Below the pieces are notes generated by a model. That model had not been told where the DNA came from, did not search any database, and saw nothing but the letters and a program-made list of their open reading frames with translations. 64,000 bases of DNA from Camelus ferus (Eukaryota). The stretch spans positions 51,896,001 to 51,960,000 of the forward strand of contig NC_045696.1 of assembly GCF_009834535.1 (NCBI RefSeq), written 5' to 3'. Shown piece by piece: positions 25,945 through 38,989 of this stretch (the stretch's first letter is position 1; the number at the start of each line of letters is the position of its first letter). The position numbers and the translations under genes were made by a program.

Positions 25945-26058
25945 TAGGGTACCACCTGCTTTGGTTTGCCTGAGACCGAGGAGATTCTTAGGATGTGGCA
26001 TTGTCAATGATAAAACAGGAAAAATTCTGGGCTAGCGAAGGTGAACCTGATCACCCTC
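25945..26058. mobile_element. MER81-like hAT-Blackjack MITE
   Basis: tagggtaccacc...ggtttgcctgagac ... gatcaccct termini, ~114 bp. Confidence 0.7.
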
Positions 26059-27699
26059 ATCACAATATAGCTTGCTAATTTAATGATCAGATTTCATATA
26101 TATCTAAATGGAGGATTTATATACAGCTATAGAGTATAACACAGATAAGTAGGCATTTCGAGGCTACAAACAGAAGAGGATTAAAAATTAGACTTGTCCT
26201 GGTATACTATATGAAGTGCAAATCCCTTCTTTCATTTTCTTTCCTTTTCCCCCTATGTTGGCCCTCTTGCTTATATTTTAAAACTGTATGCTTGTATTGA
26301 TTTTATTATAATCAGAGGATATTAATTTGGGTGTTAGGACAATTTCCTTTTCCTCAGAAGAAAGAGGGAAGTGAGAAGCAGCAATGGAGACTGGTCTCGA
26401 TTGATGCACGGGCTCATCTGTTTTTTACACCCCCAAATGTGCTAATTTATGATGGTGATGTCACTGTGGGGAATTAAAATTTTCCTAACTCAGTATGCAT
26501 GTTTTCTACATACCTCAGAACTGAACACATGCAGATTAAGTTCCATAATCCAAGGTGAGATCTACAAAACTATCCCAGCCCCAATTCTGCTGAGGAATTT
26601 ATTATGACAAACTGGGACAGACCCTGGTGGTCTCCTCCGATTCTATGGCCCTCTTACAAGCATCATCTTGCTTTAAGGAGGCTCCAAAAGAGTAGTCAAT
26701 CTTTGGCACACAATAGCCATCACAATCTGAACTGAGGTCTGAAAAATATGGCATTTTCCCAAGAGTTTATAATGTCCAGTTTTAAATACTGAAGGGCACT
26801 ATCTTCTAAATATCTCTGGTCAGTCTTAGCAACTAGATCTACTTTTGAGGCTCCATTTCTTTTGTGTCTTTTACATTTAATGATAAAGAAGAAATATCTA
26901 AATTTATAATACCCACGAAAGAGTGAAATTAGGGAAAAAATTCTGTTTGATGTGAGTGTGTTTTTTTTTAAGCTCCCATGCCTAAGAAGATCAACAGTTA
27001 CCTACATTTGTAACATTTGTAATATTTATGCCTCCCAGACTCAGTGTAATGAGTTTCATCTCTGATCGAATTTTTATAACTGACTTTCATTTACCTGTGA
27101 AATAGAAAGCCTTGGTAGGCTCTTGCCCTACAAAATCAGATGCAAAAGTTAGTTCTATTGCAAGATACAGAGGAAAAAAAAAAACTGTCACCCTAATATG
27201 CTACAGCATTCCTCTGGTTTTTGCAGGAGAGAAAAGCTATGGGCTCTAGATACAAATGTCGAAATAAGTGCAGTACGGAAGACTGATTAATCAGAACCTG
27301 AAAATCATAGTCTTCAGCTCTCCTCCGTGAAACTGTGGTGTGTCCTTTTAACTTGGACTAAGTGCCCAGTTATGAGAATTCTTCCACGAGACGAGCGTGC
27401 TTCAGAGCAAACCCTTATCCTAATTGATGGTTTAAGGAAGCACAACCCTGCATTCTGTTCAGGGCTTTGGTTAAGTAGGTAAGCCAAAACCGAGGAGACA
27501 GGACTTCCTCCATTAAACTGGCTAGATCCCAGGTTAAACTAATTCAGCCTAAACAGAAAACCTCTGTTTTTCAATCCCTTTGTTCTCTTGGATGTCACAG
27601 CTCCCTGCTCTATTCGCGCTTCCTTTTATAGTCTTTCCTCACCAAGCATTTCAGGAAGAAAAAAAAAGCTAAATAAAGATCACAGCCTGTTCCATTGTG

Positions 27700-28330
27700 T
27701 CCCCTTCTTCTTCATCATCTTCTTTTCCATTTGTGCAATGTTGTGGCACCTATTAACTACCAATGTTTTCAGAATGACATTACACAAGGTGCAGGCTGTA
27801 CCACTGTGCCCTAAAAATATCAACAACTGCATTAGTCTCACAATAATTAATGGCAGGCATTATGCAAATGACAACTTTTTCGCTGCAAAATAATGACATT
27901 TCTTCATTTTGAGCAGAGTTATGCAAAACAATGAATTTAGGATGATAAATCACACAGGAGAATTAAGAAAGCCATAACGTTCCTGCCCAGGCAGGCAGAA
28001 AGATAGACAGACCAACAATTTAGAAGACATTGTTTGTTCTCACACCACTATAAAAAATCATAGCCAGTCGGCCATTAATGTGTGTGGGTTTTTTTCCTTC
28101 TCCCCTTTAGGCAACAATGCATAAGGGGATGCTAAATTCTAGCAATTGGATCATTACAAGTCACAAGCAAATTTTTCTTTATTAACCTTAATAAGTCATT
28201 CACTCAGAGACTATAGTCATCAGGCAAATAAAAAGTATCACATGCCATTCTGCTACACATTAACTAATTCCTTATGCAAACATCACAACATATAGCAATT
28301 ACTGCTGCTCAGAAAAAACAAAGTCATTTT
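27700..28330. promoter_or_regulatory. Putative conserved SOX/POU enhancer
   Basis: ATGCAAAT (27862-27869), atgcaaAACAATG (27921-27933), AACAATGcataa (28113-28124), atgctaaat, tatgcaaac, taattaat; no repeats recognised. Confidence 0.5.
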
Positions 28331-30099
28331 CAATTTATTTTATTGCTTTTATACTTGGCCATTTCCTGTAGCACATTATCGTTTCTTTCCATAACAACCC
28401 GAGGTGGAATGGAGAAGAATTTCAGTAGAAATGAGTATTTCCTCTCACCACCTTTCTCATACCCTTTTCCCTTCCTGGGGCTGCTAAGGAAGGTTAGAGA
28501 TAGGGTATGTGTGTGTTTCTTCATAGCACATCTCCAACAAGCTCTGAGTGGAATGGCATGTTCAGCCTCCGTCCCTGTGGCAAAGGCAGTGGGTATGCAG
28601 ACAGGGTCTGGCTGTCTCCCACATGTGCTACCTTAATGCTGGCAGCTTTCCTTGATTCTGTAAAGCAAGGTATAAGTGCAGGCTTAGATTTGCCACTAAT
28701 AGGTGAACATTAAAGTCAATATATTCAATATTAACCTGAGAGATGCCCATTATGCTTAATGAGAATTATGAGGCTAGTTCGTCATGCTTCACCCAGCGCA
28801 TAACATGTCCCTTCAAGAGATCTAAGTGAAGAGCAATAATAAATATTGAAACCACAACCCCCAATGTGCAAAAGGCCCTCTTTGATTTTTCTGTTTTATT
28901 CCCCAGCACCCTTTTAACCATGGCTCTCAGGATGTGAAGCAAACACTAAATAAACCTTATACATGACCAGTAGATTTTTTTTTCTTAGCCCATTTTACAG
29001 ACTGACAAGTGGATTCTGTGCAGCTCGGAGCTTTTCACAAAGTTGGACAATGAAACAGGTCAGATCTGACTAGCTCTCCAATGGTCTAACCTCAGAGGCC
29101 CACAGCCTCTTTCTCATAATCATGAGCATCTTTCCTGCTGGTAAACAATTATGCTGAAAACAGTCTGTACATGTCCCTGTTCACACAATAGGATCATCAT
29201 CTCCCTCTGTTCTCCTAAATCCACACTCCAGTCCCCCCTTTTTAAGGTAGAACCCTTCCAAAATACACAAGGGAAAAGCTCCCTTTTCAGTTTCTCTTCC
29301 TAAAGGTAATAACATTTTGCAGTTCTCCTTAAATAAAATCCAGCCCATGCTGGATCAATAAGAATGATGCCCATTTCCCTAATGGCAGCCGATTGCCATT
29401 TGCTATTCAAATCAGACTAGATAAATTACAGTACATGCCAGGGAACAGGCCAGTGAATTAAGACAGGCCTCCAGAGGACCAGCGATATTATTAATCTTTT
29501 AAGACACTATCATATTTCTTCTTGACAGTGTGCGTAGACTCACAGACACACTGCACCTAGATTGAAATATCAGCTGCTGAAAAAATCAATAGTGTTAGAA
29601 ACACAATAACTTTTGGTCTGCAGGGCCTACACTAAGCAGCACTTGTACCCTCTGTACCACATCTCTTCTCCTACTTCCCATCTCCCACTTTCTGGCTCTT
29701 CCCTTTCCATTCTCTGGTTTTAAAAGCTTAGATGCCCAAATGACAAGATATTATGAAGTAGTTTCCACTGCTAACCCTGGCCATTGTGGTCAGAGCGTTG
29801 ATCTTCCATGGGCCGTTTGAAACACAAGCTCACTAGACTAGTAAAATGTTTTGGTGTGGAATTGTTCTCCCTATGCACTTAATAGAGACCCCCAAGCCTG
29901 TGCATTTGGTTCTGTTTTAAGAAGAAAGTCAGATATTTAGGGAGGTGGACATTCCCAGAAAGTCCTAGGGAAAGTGGAATGGGAAGAAAGAAAAATAATG
30001 GGAACTTGGACCAGAAGTGGAAAAGGGTATTTACTGAAAAGTGAGGGGAAGAAACAAAACAAAACAACAACAAAAAAGCCTACGAGGACAAGCAGAGGG

Positions 30100-30330
30100 A
30101 GGGTACTACACAGTAGGAAGAATCTTTGACTTATATTCTGAAAATCTGGGTTTAAGCCCTGCCTCGGCTGTTGGCACATTGTATGATTTTGCCAGTGACT
30201 TAATCTTTCAGAGCCTTGATTTCTTTCTCTGCTAAATAAACCAATATAACCACTTACATCATAGCAGTCTTGTGAGGGTTAACTAACAAGATGTGTGTGC
30301 TTTTGAATAATAAAAGGCTTTGGAACTGGT
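30100..30330 (+). mobile_element. MIR SINE
   Basis: tctgggtttaagccctgcctc...gtgacttaatctttcagagccttgatttc...tgtgagggttaa. Confidence 0.65.
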
Positions 30331-30714
30331 TAAAAATGATATGATTAATTTCCACTACAGAGAGATTTCTGAACTATGTCTAATATTTTTTCCTTCATAG
30401 AATTAGAATATTATAAGTGGGCCTAAGATGTTATCAATAAATAACTAGACTGATAGTCACAGAAATGTTATTTAGGGTCATGGTGCCAATAGCTGCTAGA
30501 ATTTGAACTAGAATCCAGATCTGTTGAATATTAACTAATACCTTTTACATTTTACCAGGATTTGCCCTTTTTCCTTATTTCTTTTTACCTAGATTTGAGA
30601 TTTTGATTCTTGTTCATGTTTTATTTTTCCCCAACTGGAGAAGCAAATTAAACAAATGCAAAACACAAAATGAGACAAAAAACTACCATACTTTGCAAAT
30701 CTTGATGATATGCT

Positions 30715-31030
30715 CTTGATCCCAAGTCTCTCCCCAGTTGCTTCCCATTTATCTTTCTTTCATAGCAAAATTTATTGAAAGAATTATCTATATTAGCTAT
30801 TACCATATCTTCACTTACTATGCTTTCCTCAACCTATTCCAATGAGACTTTTCTTCATTGTATTCTACCATACCTGCTGTTGCCAGATCTGATGGTCCCA
30901 TTTTTATTTGCATCTTCTTCATCTTTTCAGCAGTAATTTAATACGATTAATCACTTCCTCTTACTTAGAACACTGTGGCTATCTTCTGGGACATCTCTCC
31001 TCCCAGTTTTTCCTACCACCTTATTGTGCA
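30715..31030 (+). mobile_element. L2 internal fragment
   Basis: catagcaaaatttattgaaagaattatcta...tgttgccagatctgatggtc...tcagcagtaatttaatacgattaatcacttcctc. Confidence 0.7.
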
Positions 31031-33399
31031 CTTAAAACCTATTTGTCTCATCAAATTTGAAATCTGTTGCTAGTAATTCAGCCTCAAGTTACTTCTGATT
31101 TGAGATAAACACAGCATATTTAGCAAAATAATCAACACTCAGAAGGGGCTTGTGAGATATCTAGGTTTTCAATGTGTGGCTTTATGACTTTGAAATGCAT
31201 TAATAGAGCAGAAAATCTAGTTCTTGGTTTGGCTTGAAGCTTGTTTATTCTTGCAGCTAAAGTTATTAGAAACTAACTTTTGAATATCCATAAATGATCT
31301 TTTACCTAGAAACTTGTCAAATGGACAAAGTTTTACATATGGGCAAAACATATCAGGACATTGAGTGTCTTCAATGGCCCAGAATTTCAGAGACCTTCAT
31401 ATTGAACTTGAAATTCACATATTTGCAACAATTCATAGTTCTCCCAGATTCACTTAATTAATACACCCAGTTTCTTCTAACAATTTTCCTTGAGGTCTAC
31501 ATTGCAATAAGTAAGGATGAAAACCAAGTAAACCAAGTAACACGAATATGGTTTCAGTGCTAGGCTGTACCCCTGAATCCTAGTAAAAGCCTGAAGATTT
31601 CTTTAAAGATACACTCTAGTAATTGCCAGATCGAGCTTGAGTTTGTCTAAGGAAAAGAAACAGTCCTTTTTGACTTACAGATATAGCTGGAGGGCAGTAC
31701 TTGAACAGAGTGATTTCTCATCCCATGTCTGACTCCAAGTTTTGACGATGATGTAACATATAAAGTCATGACATGATAAAATATCATAAGATAGCACAGA
31801 GCTGATCAAAACCCCAAATTATCCAAATATACTATTTGGAGAGATCCCGACAACTTCTTTAGAATGCGATATTACCAGGAATATGAATAAAGAGCATTTT
31901 CCTAAGAAAAATAGGGCTATTCCCATTATTTGCTTACCACCTGCCACCTGCGAGTAAACGCTGGCTTCCCTTTCTGCTTAAATTCTTCCACAAAGTCAGC
32001 CTGCCAGACCCATGATCAAGGTCTTCTTTTATCTAGACTAGAACAAATATCTCATTTTGACCCATGAGAACATATCAGCAGAATTCCCAGAGCTAATACT
32101 TTTATTTAATTATATACATATATATTTATTTTTTATGTGTTGTTCCACTAAGTTAAACTTTAACTATATTAATCCAGGGAAAAATCCTTGATTATCAACC
32201 AACAGTTTTGTAAACAGTTATCTCATGAGTTAAATATTAACTTGAAAAATTTAACTCAAAACTCCAAATAAGCAGGAGGAGCCAAAAGGCCAGTAGAAGG
32301 AGTAAAAATTTTGCTGCCTCTGTCATATCAGTTTCCTGTGGAAGAGTGTGACAAGGCAAGGGCGTATTTTGGGGGCAGCTGGATGGTTTGGAGGAATGGG
32401 GGCAAAGGAGGGGCAAAGCAAGAAAGGAGCCTGGAAGACACCTACTGCTTATCATCAAAATCTCAAAACTTACAGCAAAGAGGTCAGAACTTAGGGGAAA
32501 GAAAATTCATGGGAATATGAATCCACTGGTAATGTCCACAGGAATTCAGGGTTAATAAAGGTATCTTTTATTATCAAAGTGTCAAGAATATGGTCACTTA
32601 AAAAAAATCAACATAGGTAAGCTATCCACTATAAGGCTGGCTGGCCCACACTGCCAGCCAGCACGGAATCTCATGTGGAGCATTCTCCCACCAGAAACAG
32701 TGGAATGAAGACTAACCTGCTTGCCCTGTTCCATTTAATAGCAAGAAGAAAACAAAGCTGAAATGTTTTCCTGCAGTACTGGGTTGCTAGGGATTGTGAC
32801 TTCAAGTTCCAAGCCATCATCAAACTGTCCATCAAATTTACCCCCGGATAAATAGAAACATCTACCTATGAAAAAACTGAATCTAGGCAGTAGACTGACG
32901 TCTGAACAGCAACACTGTAACTATTGACTTTGGTTAAGTTTTTGACTCAAAAATTTCAAGAAAATCCACATGGCCAGATAATTTGCACAATCTTGATATC
33001 TGTGGTATAGGATAAAGTTGATTTATTTTTAATGCTGTTTCAGAAATGGTTACAAACTATTAAGATTCTTCCTGTCAGTCTAAGATCAATCCTGCATGCT
33101 GATTTTTTAAAAAATCATGAAAAAAAAAAAAGTAAATCTTCCCAGTGAAGATCTTTTAAGGCAGACTCCCATTTGCCCTGTAGATGGAAAGAGTGACACC
33201 GAATAATGTGAATTGCTCATGAGAGGGCCGAGACTAGATGGAAAAAGGGGAAGAGACATGAACGTCGAAGGAACCATCCTTAGATACACATGTATATCTT
33301 ATTTAGATTCAAGAAATACGATACAGCACATTAGACCTTATTTTGATACCTTTAATTAAATATTTAATACATGAACACATGCTTATCAGAAAATACTTA

Positions 33400-33630
33400 G
33401 ACACTATAGCCTACACCTTGTACTTGCAGAGCCTTTTACAGTTTACAAAAATCCTTCCACACAAGTAAGCTTTCGCTTTCCTGACAACTCCAAAAAGTAG
33501 AAAGAGCAGGTTCTATCATCTCTGTCCTATAGATAAGCAATACTGCTCCTCTAGCATTGGTGTAGCTGGTACAGAATGAACTTGAGCAGAGGAACCAGGG
33601 CCCATTAGCATCCTGGCGATCCATATGAAC
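33400..33630 (-). mobile_element. MIR SINE
   Basis: ttttacagtttacaaaa...cctatagataagcaatactg. Confidence 0.55.
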
Positions 33631-34139
33631 CTAAGGAGGGAGGTGACAGCATGATGACTGTGGAGGGAAAAGACTTTAAAAGTAAGTGGTCAGAGGAGGG
33701 GAACCGAGGAGGGAGAGGTTTCAAACTATTCAAAAGGAATTACAGAGAAGCACTAGGAGTAAAGGGAAAGATTCAGAGTGATCTGTGGGAAACAAAAAGT
33801 GGCTAGAGCAAGGAAGAAACTCTAAATTCAGACCACTTATTCATTTGGCATATATTAATTGTAATAGTTACTATGTTTGAGTTTCTTCGGATGCCACTGG
33901 GCAAACGATGACATGTACTGAGACACTGACCTGTGCCTGAGGTACTTAACATTGAGTTTTTGAGATAATGTCCAAAAATAATTATAATACAAAGCAATTC
34001 AGGTATTCAAAATAGAATATCTGAATTTAGAGAAAACCATCCCTAATGTTTAGGCTGACAATGCAAATCTTCACTACAATAAAGCAATCTAGCTGAACTT
34101 TGAAAAATGTGTGAGATTTGGGAAGTGATAAGAAGACGC

Positions 34140-34950
34140 AGGTTACATGAAGGGCATGAGAAAAGTCATGGAGCAGAAAATTGAAAGATATATTTGGGAG
34201 CAGCAAATAAACAAGTTAGCTGTAGTTGTAATAGGAAATGATGTTGAAAAGATAGGTTGAGCCTGGAATGTGAAGGAGGTCCTTGAATATTGGGCTGAGT
34301 AATCCACTTTATTTTGTGGGCAACAGAGGTCCACTAAAGGTTTGTAAGTAGGGCACTGGCACATCACAATGATATTCTAATATTTAGTATAAATAATTGA
34401 GAATAGTGGGCAGAAACAGAGAGCCTAGAGGTATTGAGAGAGAGAGAGTCCATTGCAGTAACCCAGGTAATATTTAGTAGTGTTAGTAGAAAAGGAAAGA
34501 AAAATGGAATGTCCTAAAGACATTATGAAGGAGGAAGTGGTAACAAATATTTAGTAAATCTCTACTATGTGCCAGGCACTGTTCTTGTGCTTTACATAGA
34601 TTAAGTCATTTAATCTGCATGCCAACCCCAAAAGGCAAGTAACATTGTTTCTATTTTACAGATGAGGATTAAGCAACTTTCTCAAGTTCACACAGTTAAT
34701 AAGTGACAAAACAGGATTCAAATCCCAGATCATCTGACTCTAGAGCCTGCCTGCTTAACCTCTATGCTTACTGGTTAGGTAGGTTTAGGGGTCTTCATGG
34801 TGGATTCTATATGACAAGATCTGACAGAATGTGATGATTGGTTGACTAAATATGAATCATGAGACCCTAAGATTCTTGATAATCTTGTTTCTGAGATTTT
34901 GGGGTGATGAGTAGAATGTTAACACTATGAATAGAAACAGGCAAATAAAG
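34140..34950 (-). mobile_element. L2 fragment with nested MIR
   Basis: ccttgaatattgggctgag...gggcaacagaggtccactaaaggtttgtaagtaggg...cattgcagtaacccaggt. Confidence 0.6.
34540..34770 (-). mobile_element. Near full-length MIR
   Basis: ctactatgtgccaggcactgttct...tcatttaatc...ttttacagatgagga...ggattcaaatcccag...tctgactctagagcct. Confidence 0.85.
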
Positions 34951-35559
34951 ATCTGGATTTCATATTTTATATTTGTTCTTAATGGTCCAATTGCTTTTTG
35001 TATTTAAAATGTCAATCTACCATAAAAGTCAAAAAAGCAACTGAACTACCAAACTTAAAAAAAAAACTTTGAAGATAGACACTGGCTGATTCTTCCTTCC
35101 TAGTTTCACTAATGAATATGTGGAGTATAACTCAGTGCTTGGTATATAGGAGATGCTCGAAATAGTGTGTTAAATGAATCATTGGAGGGATATTAATAAC
35201 AAATAACTCAGAATAAAGGGAGGGAGGGTAGTAGAGTCAAAATAGTATGAGCCAGAGTCAGTCAAATTGTGGTTCAAATCCTGGCTCAGCAAGTTTCCAA
35301 CTATAGGGCAAAGTTACTTTAAACATTTTGTATAATATGGGGGTAATAATTCATGGGAAAGCCAGGTATCTTTCTGGATTCAGTACTTACTTGCATTGGG
35401 TCTATGAAAACCTAGAAAGGATGCCCCCAAAGGCCATTATCTCTGACAGAAAATCTGCAATGCTCTTCTTTTATTGAGTTTAATTTACAAAAATTACATT
35501 GAGACTTATACAAAAAAAAAAATCTGCCAAGTAATTGCCAGTTTTAAAAGAAAAGTAAA

Positions 35560-36300
35560 TTATTTTCAGAGAAGAGAAAACCGGAGTTTCAACTGAAGGG
35601 GAGATTTTAATTGCAGGGAGACATATCAGCTGAATGGTTTAGCTTGGACTTGTGGGATCAGTAACCGGCAGTGGGATATATATTAAAGAAAAACCAAGTT
35701 TAATTAGCCTTAAGATTTTATACAGCTTGGCTCTTCCCTCCCACACCTAGTCTGATTCCAGCAGGTCAATATCCTTTTCAATCACGCTCTCTTCCATCTT
35801 TTTCTCAGCTGCTGTCATGACAAGCCAATGGGAGAATGACATACAGATGAAAACAAGGCTTGAATAATTACTGCACTGCGGCTGCTTGTTGTTTGAGCAT
35901 CATTTTATTCCTTCCAATCACACAGGTCCTTGGACTTCACAGCCCTGTGTTTCAGATTGGGGTGATGCTGATTATATTATGACATTACAGCAAAGATAGG
36001 CAGATCAGACAAAGTGAATTTCACTCCGTAATTAAACTGCAGTATCTTTCGTCTAAAGTTCAGAGCAGGATTAATCGAAAGGTAGCTCTTTATCATCTCG
36101 ATTAGTGCTGAGATATGAAGAGCGAGCTCTGATTTGATAGCTAGCCCTGAGTCGAGCTGACTGGTGGCCGCATACCTGTCTAACTGGCAAAATAATATCA
36201 GATCAAGATACATTTAGAGGGTTACACCCTTTCCTTTTATTTTATTTTTATCTGAAGGAAATGCAGATAGATTCAAATATGCCGGGATTTCCATTACCCT
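35560..36300. promoter_or_regulatory. Putative highly conserved non-coding element / enhancer
   Basis: About 1 kb without recognisable repeats; seven CpGs within ~36025-36170; GGATTA, TAATTA, TGTCATGACA, CAGCTG and CCAAT motifs. Confidence 0.5.
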
Positions 36301-36608
36301 GTTTTCTATTACAAAAATGTCTATTGAAAAGACCAGATCCTTCCAAACCCCACAGCATTTTATAAGTGGTTTCCCATAATTCCACTTAGTACCATGCTCT
36401 AATGGCTTCTTATTTCTTGCCTTTTCATTAAGTGAGACTCAAATCTGAATATTTGGGTGGCCCAGGCAATAGCTTCTCAAGCTGCTCACAGGTTCCTCTT
36501 TTACTTCAGTGGACTCATTGTAGAATTTATGAAGATATTTTGCTTCCTTCAATTGCTCATTTAATGTATATGGTACTCCTAAGTTCTTTATGGAATAATG
36601 AGTTGTAT

Positions 36609-36785
36609 CAGTGATTCTCAATCCTGAATGCCTATAGAAACACCTGTGAGGCTTTGTAAACAATAAGCCATCTTGCCGCTACTCCAGACCCAATAATTCA
36701 GTATTTCTGAGTTAGACTCAAACATCTGTATATTTTTAAAAGTTAATAGGTGATTTGAAAATGCTGCTGGGATTGAGAACCATTG
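36609..36785. mobile_element. MER5-family hAT MITE
   Basis: TIRs cagtgattctcaat ... attgagaaccattg. Confidence 0.75.
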
Positions 36786-37259
36786 AATCAGCTATACGGC
36801 ATAGCAGCTGTACCTGCGAAAGACTTACCAAAACAGGACATTGTTAAGGGAAATGAAGCCTGATACTGTTGTGGAGAATTTCTTAGTAAAATTATAAAAA
36901 GCTTAGTCAACTAACATTTGTATAGAAAAATACATATCAGGTCTCTTAAGGGCAATGGAAGACAAGGTGGACTATAAAACAGACAGGATTATGTTGACAG
37001 TGTTTCCATTGATCCATCTGGTAACATTGAATGTGATGATTTACTGACTGAGCTCATCACACAATAATACTATAGCTGTCAGCCATATAATTTGACTATT
37101 GACTAACATCATAAAATCTCAGAGTTTGGACACAAACTTGGAATTAGCTGTGATCTGCTTTAATACTCTTTACTATTCAGCTGTCTTTTTAGAAAAAGCC
37201 AGGATTGAAAAAATATTATTTCAAATTCTGACTAAAACTTCTTTTAGAATTTAAGAACA

Positions 37260-37480
37260 TACATTCTGAAGTCAAACTGAATTCAATTACTAGTTGGGTG
37301 GCCTTAAGAAAGGTATTTAAAAAAAAAAAAAAGAAAGGTATTTACTTCTCTAAGCCTCAATGATCACATCTCTAAAATGGGCCCAAGAATACTTATCTCA
37401 GAGCTATTTAGATTTTATATTGATTAATTTAGATAAGAGCGCCTGGAAAACAGAAGTATCAGAACTAAATATCTGTTGAA
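37260..37480 (+). mobile_element. MIR carrying a poly(A) insertion with TSD
   Basis: actagttgggtggcctt...cttctctaagcctcaatgatcacatctctaaaatggg. Confidence 0.65.
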
Positions 37481-37607
37481 GGCAAATACAGTATTTGCTA
37501 AAGGTTGTCGCTGAGCATCCAAGCCCAAAAACAGTCAGTCTGGAGACACAGATCAGTTTCCTGGAAGACTTAGTCCACCAGGGAAAAAAGAATGAATCTG
37601 AATAGGA

Positions 37608-37775
37608 ATGACTTCCAAATTTTTTTGTGCATAAGCATCACCTGGCAGTGACTGTTAAAAATGTAAATTGCTGGACTCTGATCCCAAAGATTCTGATGCA
37701 GTATTTAGGAATGGAGTCCAGGAGTATTCACCTTAGGAACCATTCAGGTGGTTCTGACTCAGGGTCAAGGTTGAT
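37608..37775. mobile_element. MER5A-like element
   Basis: gcatcacctgg...tgttaaaaatgtaaattgctgg...agattctgatgcagta...caggtggttctga. Confidence 0.65.
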
Positions 37776-37869
37776 AAAACAGTTATAATGGAATAGAAAT
37801 TAGCCAAACATTTATCCTCCCCAAAGCCACAGTGTGGCCTGACTTGGAAGAGGCCGTGCTTTCTGCTCC

Positions 37870-38932
37870 TTAGGTCAGAATTTAGTTAGATGGATTTAAG
37901 TTATGCCCAAATATAAAATGTTCATAGAGTATGATTATGTTCAGAGTAAAAAACCTATTTTTTCCATCAAATATACTTCCTGAATAATTATCATTTAGCC
38001 ACTAATATTAACTTCAATTTTTTCATCACCACTAGGTACATGTAAGTATACAGTCATGGGTCAGATTCATTATCAACTCATCTTTTTCTTTTGTAAAATA
38101 ATAAAGTAACTTTCTGAAAATTGGTAAATTCTTTAAGTAAACAAAAGTAGCTATTTCCTCCTTTAAAGCACGTAGAATAAAATGTTTTGAAATGTATTAA
38201 TCAAAATTGATGATGAAAATCAATGCACAATTATAAGCTGAATACTTTACATGCAATTGATAAAACGATCTGCTAAAATGAAGATACTCAATCTATAAGT
38301 AGAGACTCTTCTGGACCTAAGGGGAAAGTGTAAACATTTTCACTTTCAGGATTTTCCCAAGGAAAGGACAATGAGACAAATTCCAGGACTGTGTTTAGTC
38401 TGTAATATAATATGCTAACAGATATGCATTAACTTCCTATATTCTAAAAGTTATTGAACAAGACAACAAGAAAATTATGATCTCTAATGGCAAAATGAGC
38501 ATATAGTTAAGCAGGGAAGAAAAAGATGCCAATATGAAAAAAGTTTATCAACATTACAGGATAATAGAACCTAATGATCAAGTTATGTCTTTTTTTTTAA
38601 TTAAAAAAATTCTTTGGTGAGGGGAAGTAATTGGATTCACTTATTTTTAGATGAGGCACTGGGGATTGAACCTAGGACCTCAAGCATGCTAAGCATGTGC
38701 TCTACCACTTGAGCTACACCCCTCTCCAAGTAAAAGTCTTTTTAATACGTATTTTGTGATCTGGAGTAAGCTACTTAAGATCTCAGAAACTCAGGCACAG
38801 TACTTCTTTGAGATGGTTGTCCTGACCGAAGTGTGTACTGAAATGACCTAAACTACTCTGAACATAATCACACTCTATGAATATTTTATATTTGGGCATA
38901 ACTTATATCCATCTAACTAAATTCTGACCTAA
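37870..38932. repeat. Inverted repeat pair with 79-bp arms (37870-37948 and 38854-38932), 3 mismatches
   Basis: ttaggtcagaatttagttagatgg...gttcagagta versus its reverse complement tactctgaac...aattctgacctaa. Confidence 0.95.
38590..38727 (-). mobile_element. Camelid tRNA-derived SINE (Vic-1 type)
   Basis: gaggcactggggattgaacctaggacctcaagcatgctaagcatgtgctctaccacttgagctacacccctctcc; poly(T) at left; degenerate TSD caagt...gtctttt. Confidence 0.9.
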
Positions 38933-38989
38933 AATGAATAAATTCAAGCTGTTGTTCATTGTAATAACTGACAATTTATTAGATGAGAT

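Noticed and set aside
37870..38932. DNA transposon with long TIRs
   Set aside because: No flanking TSD, no familiar terminal motif, no transposase; local inverted duplication fits better.
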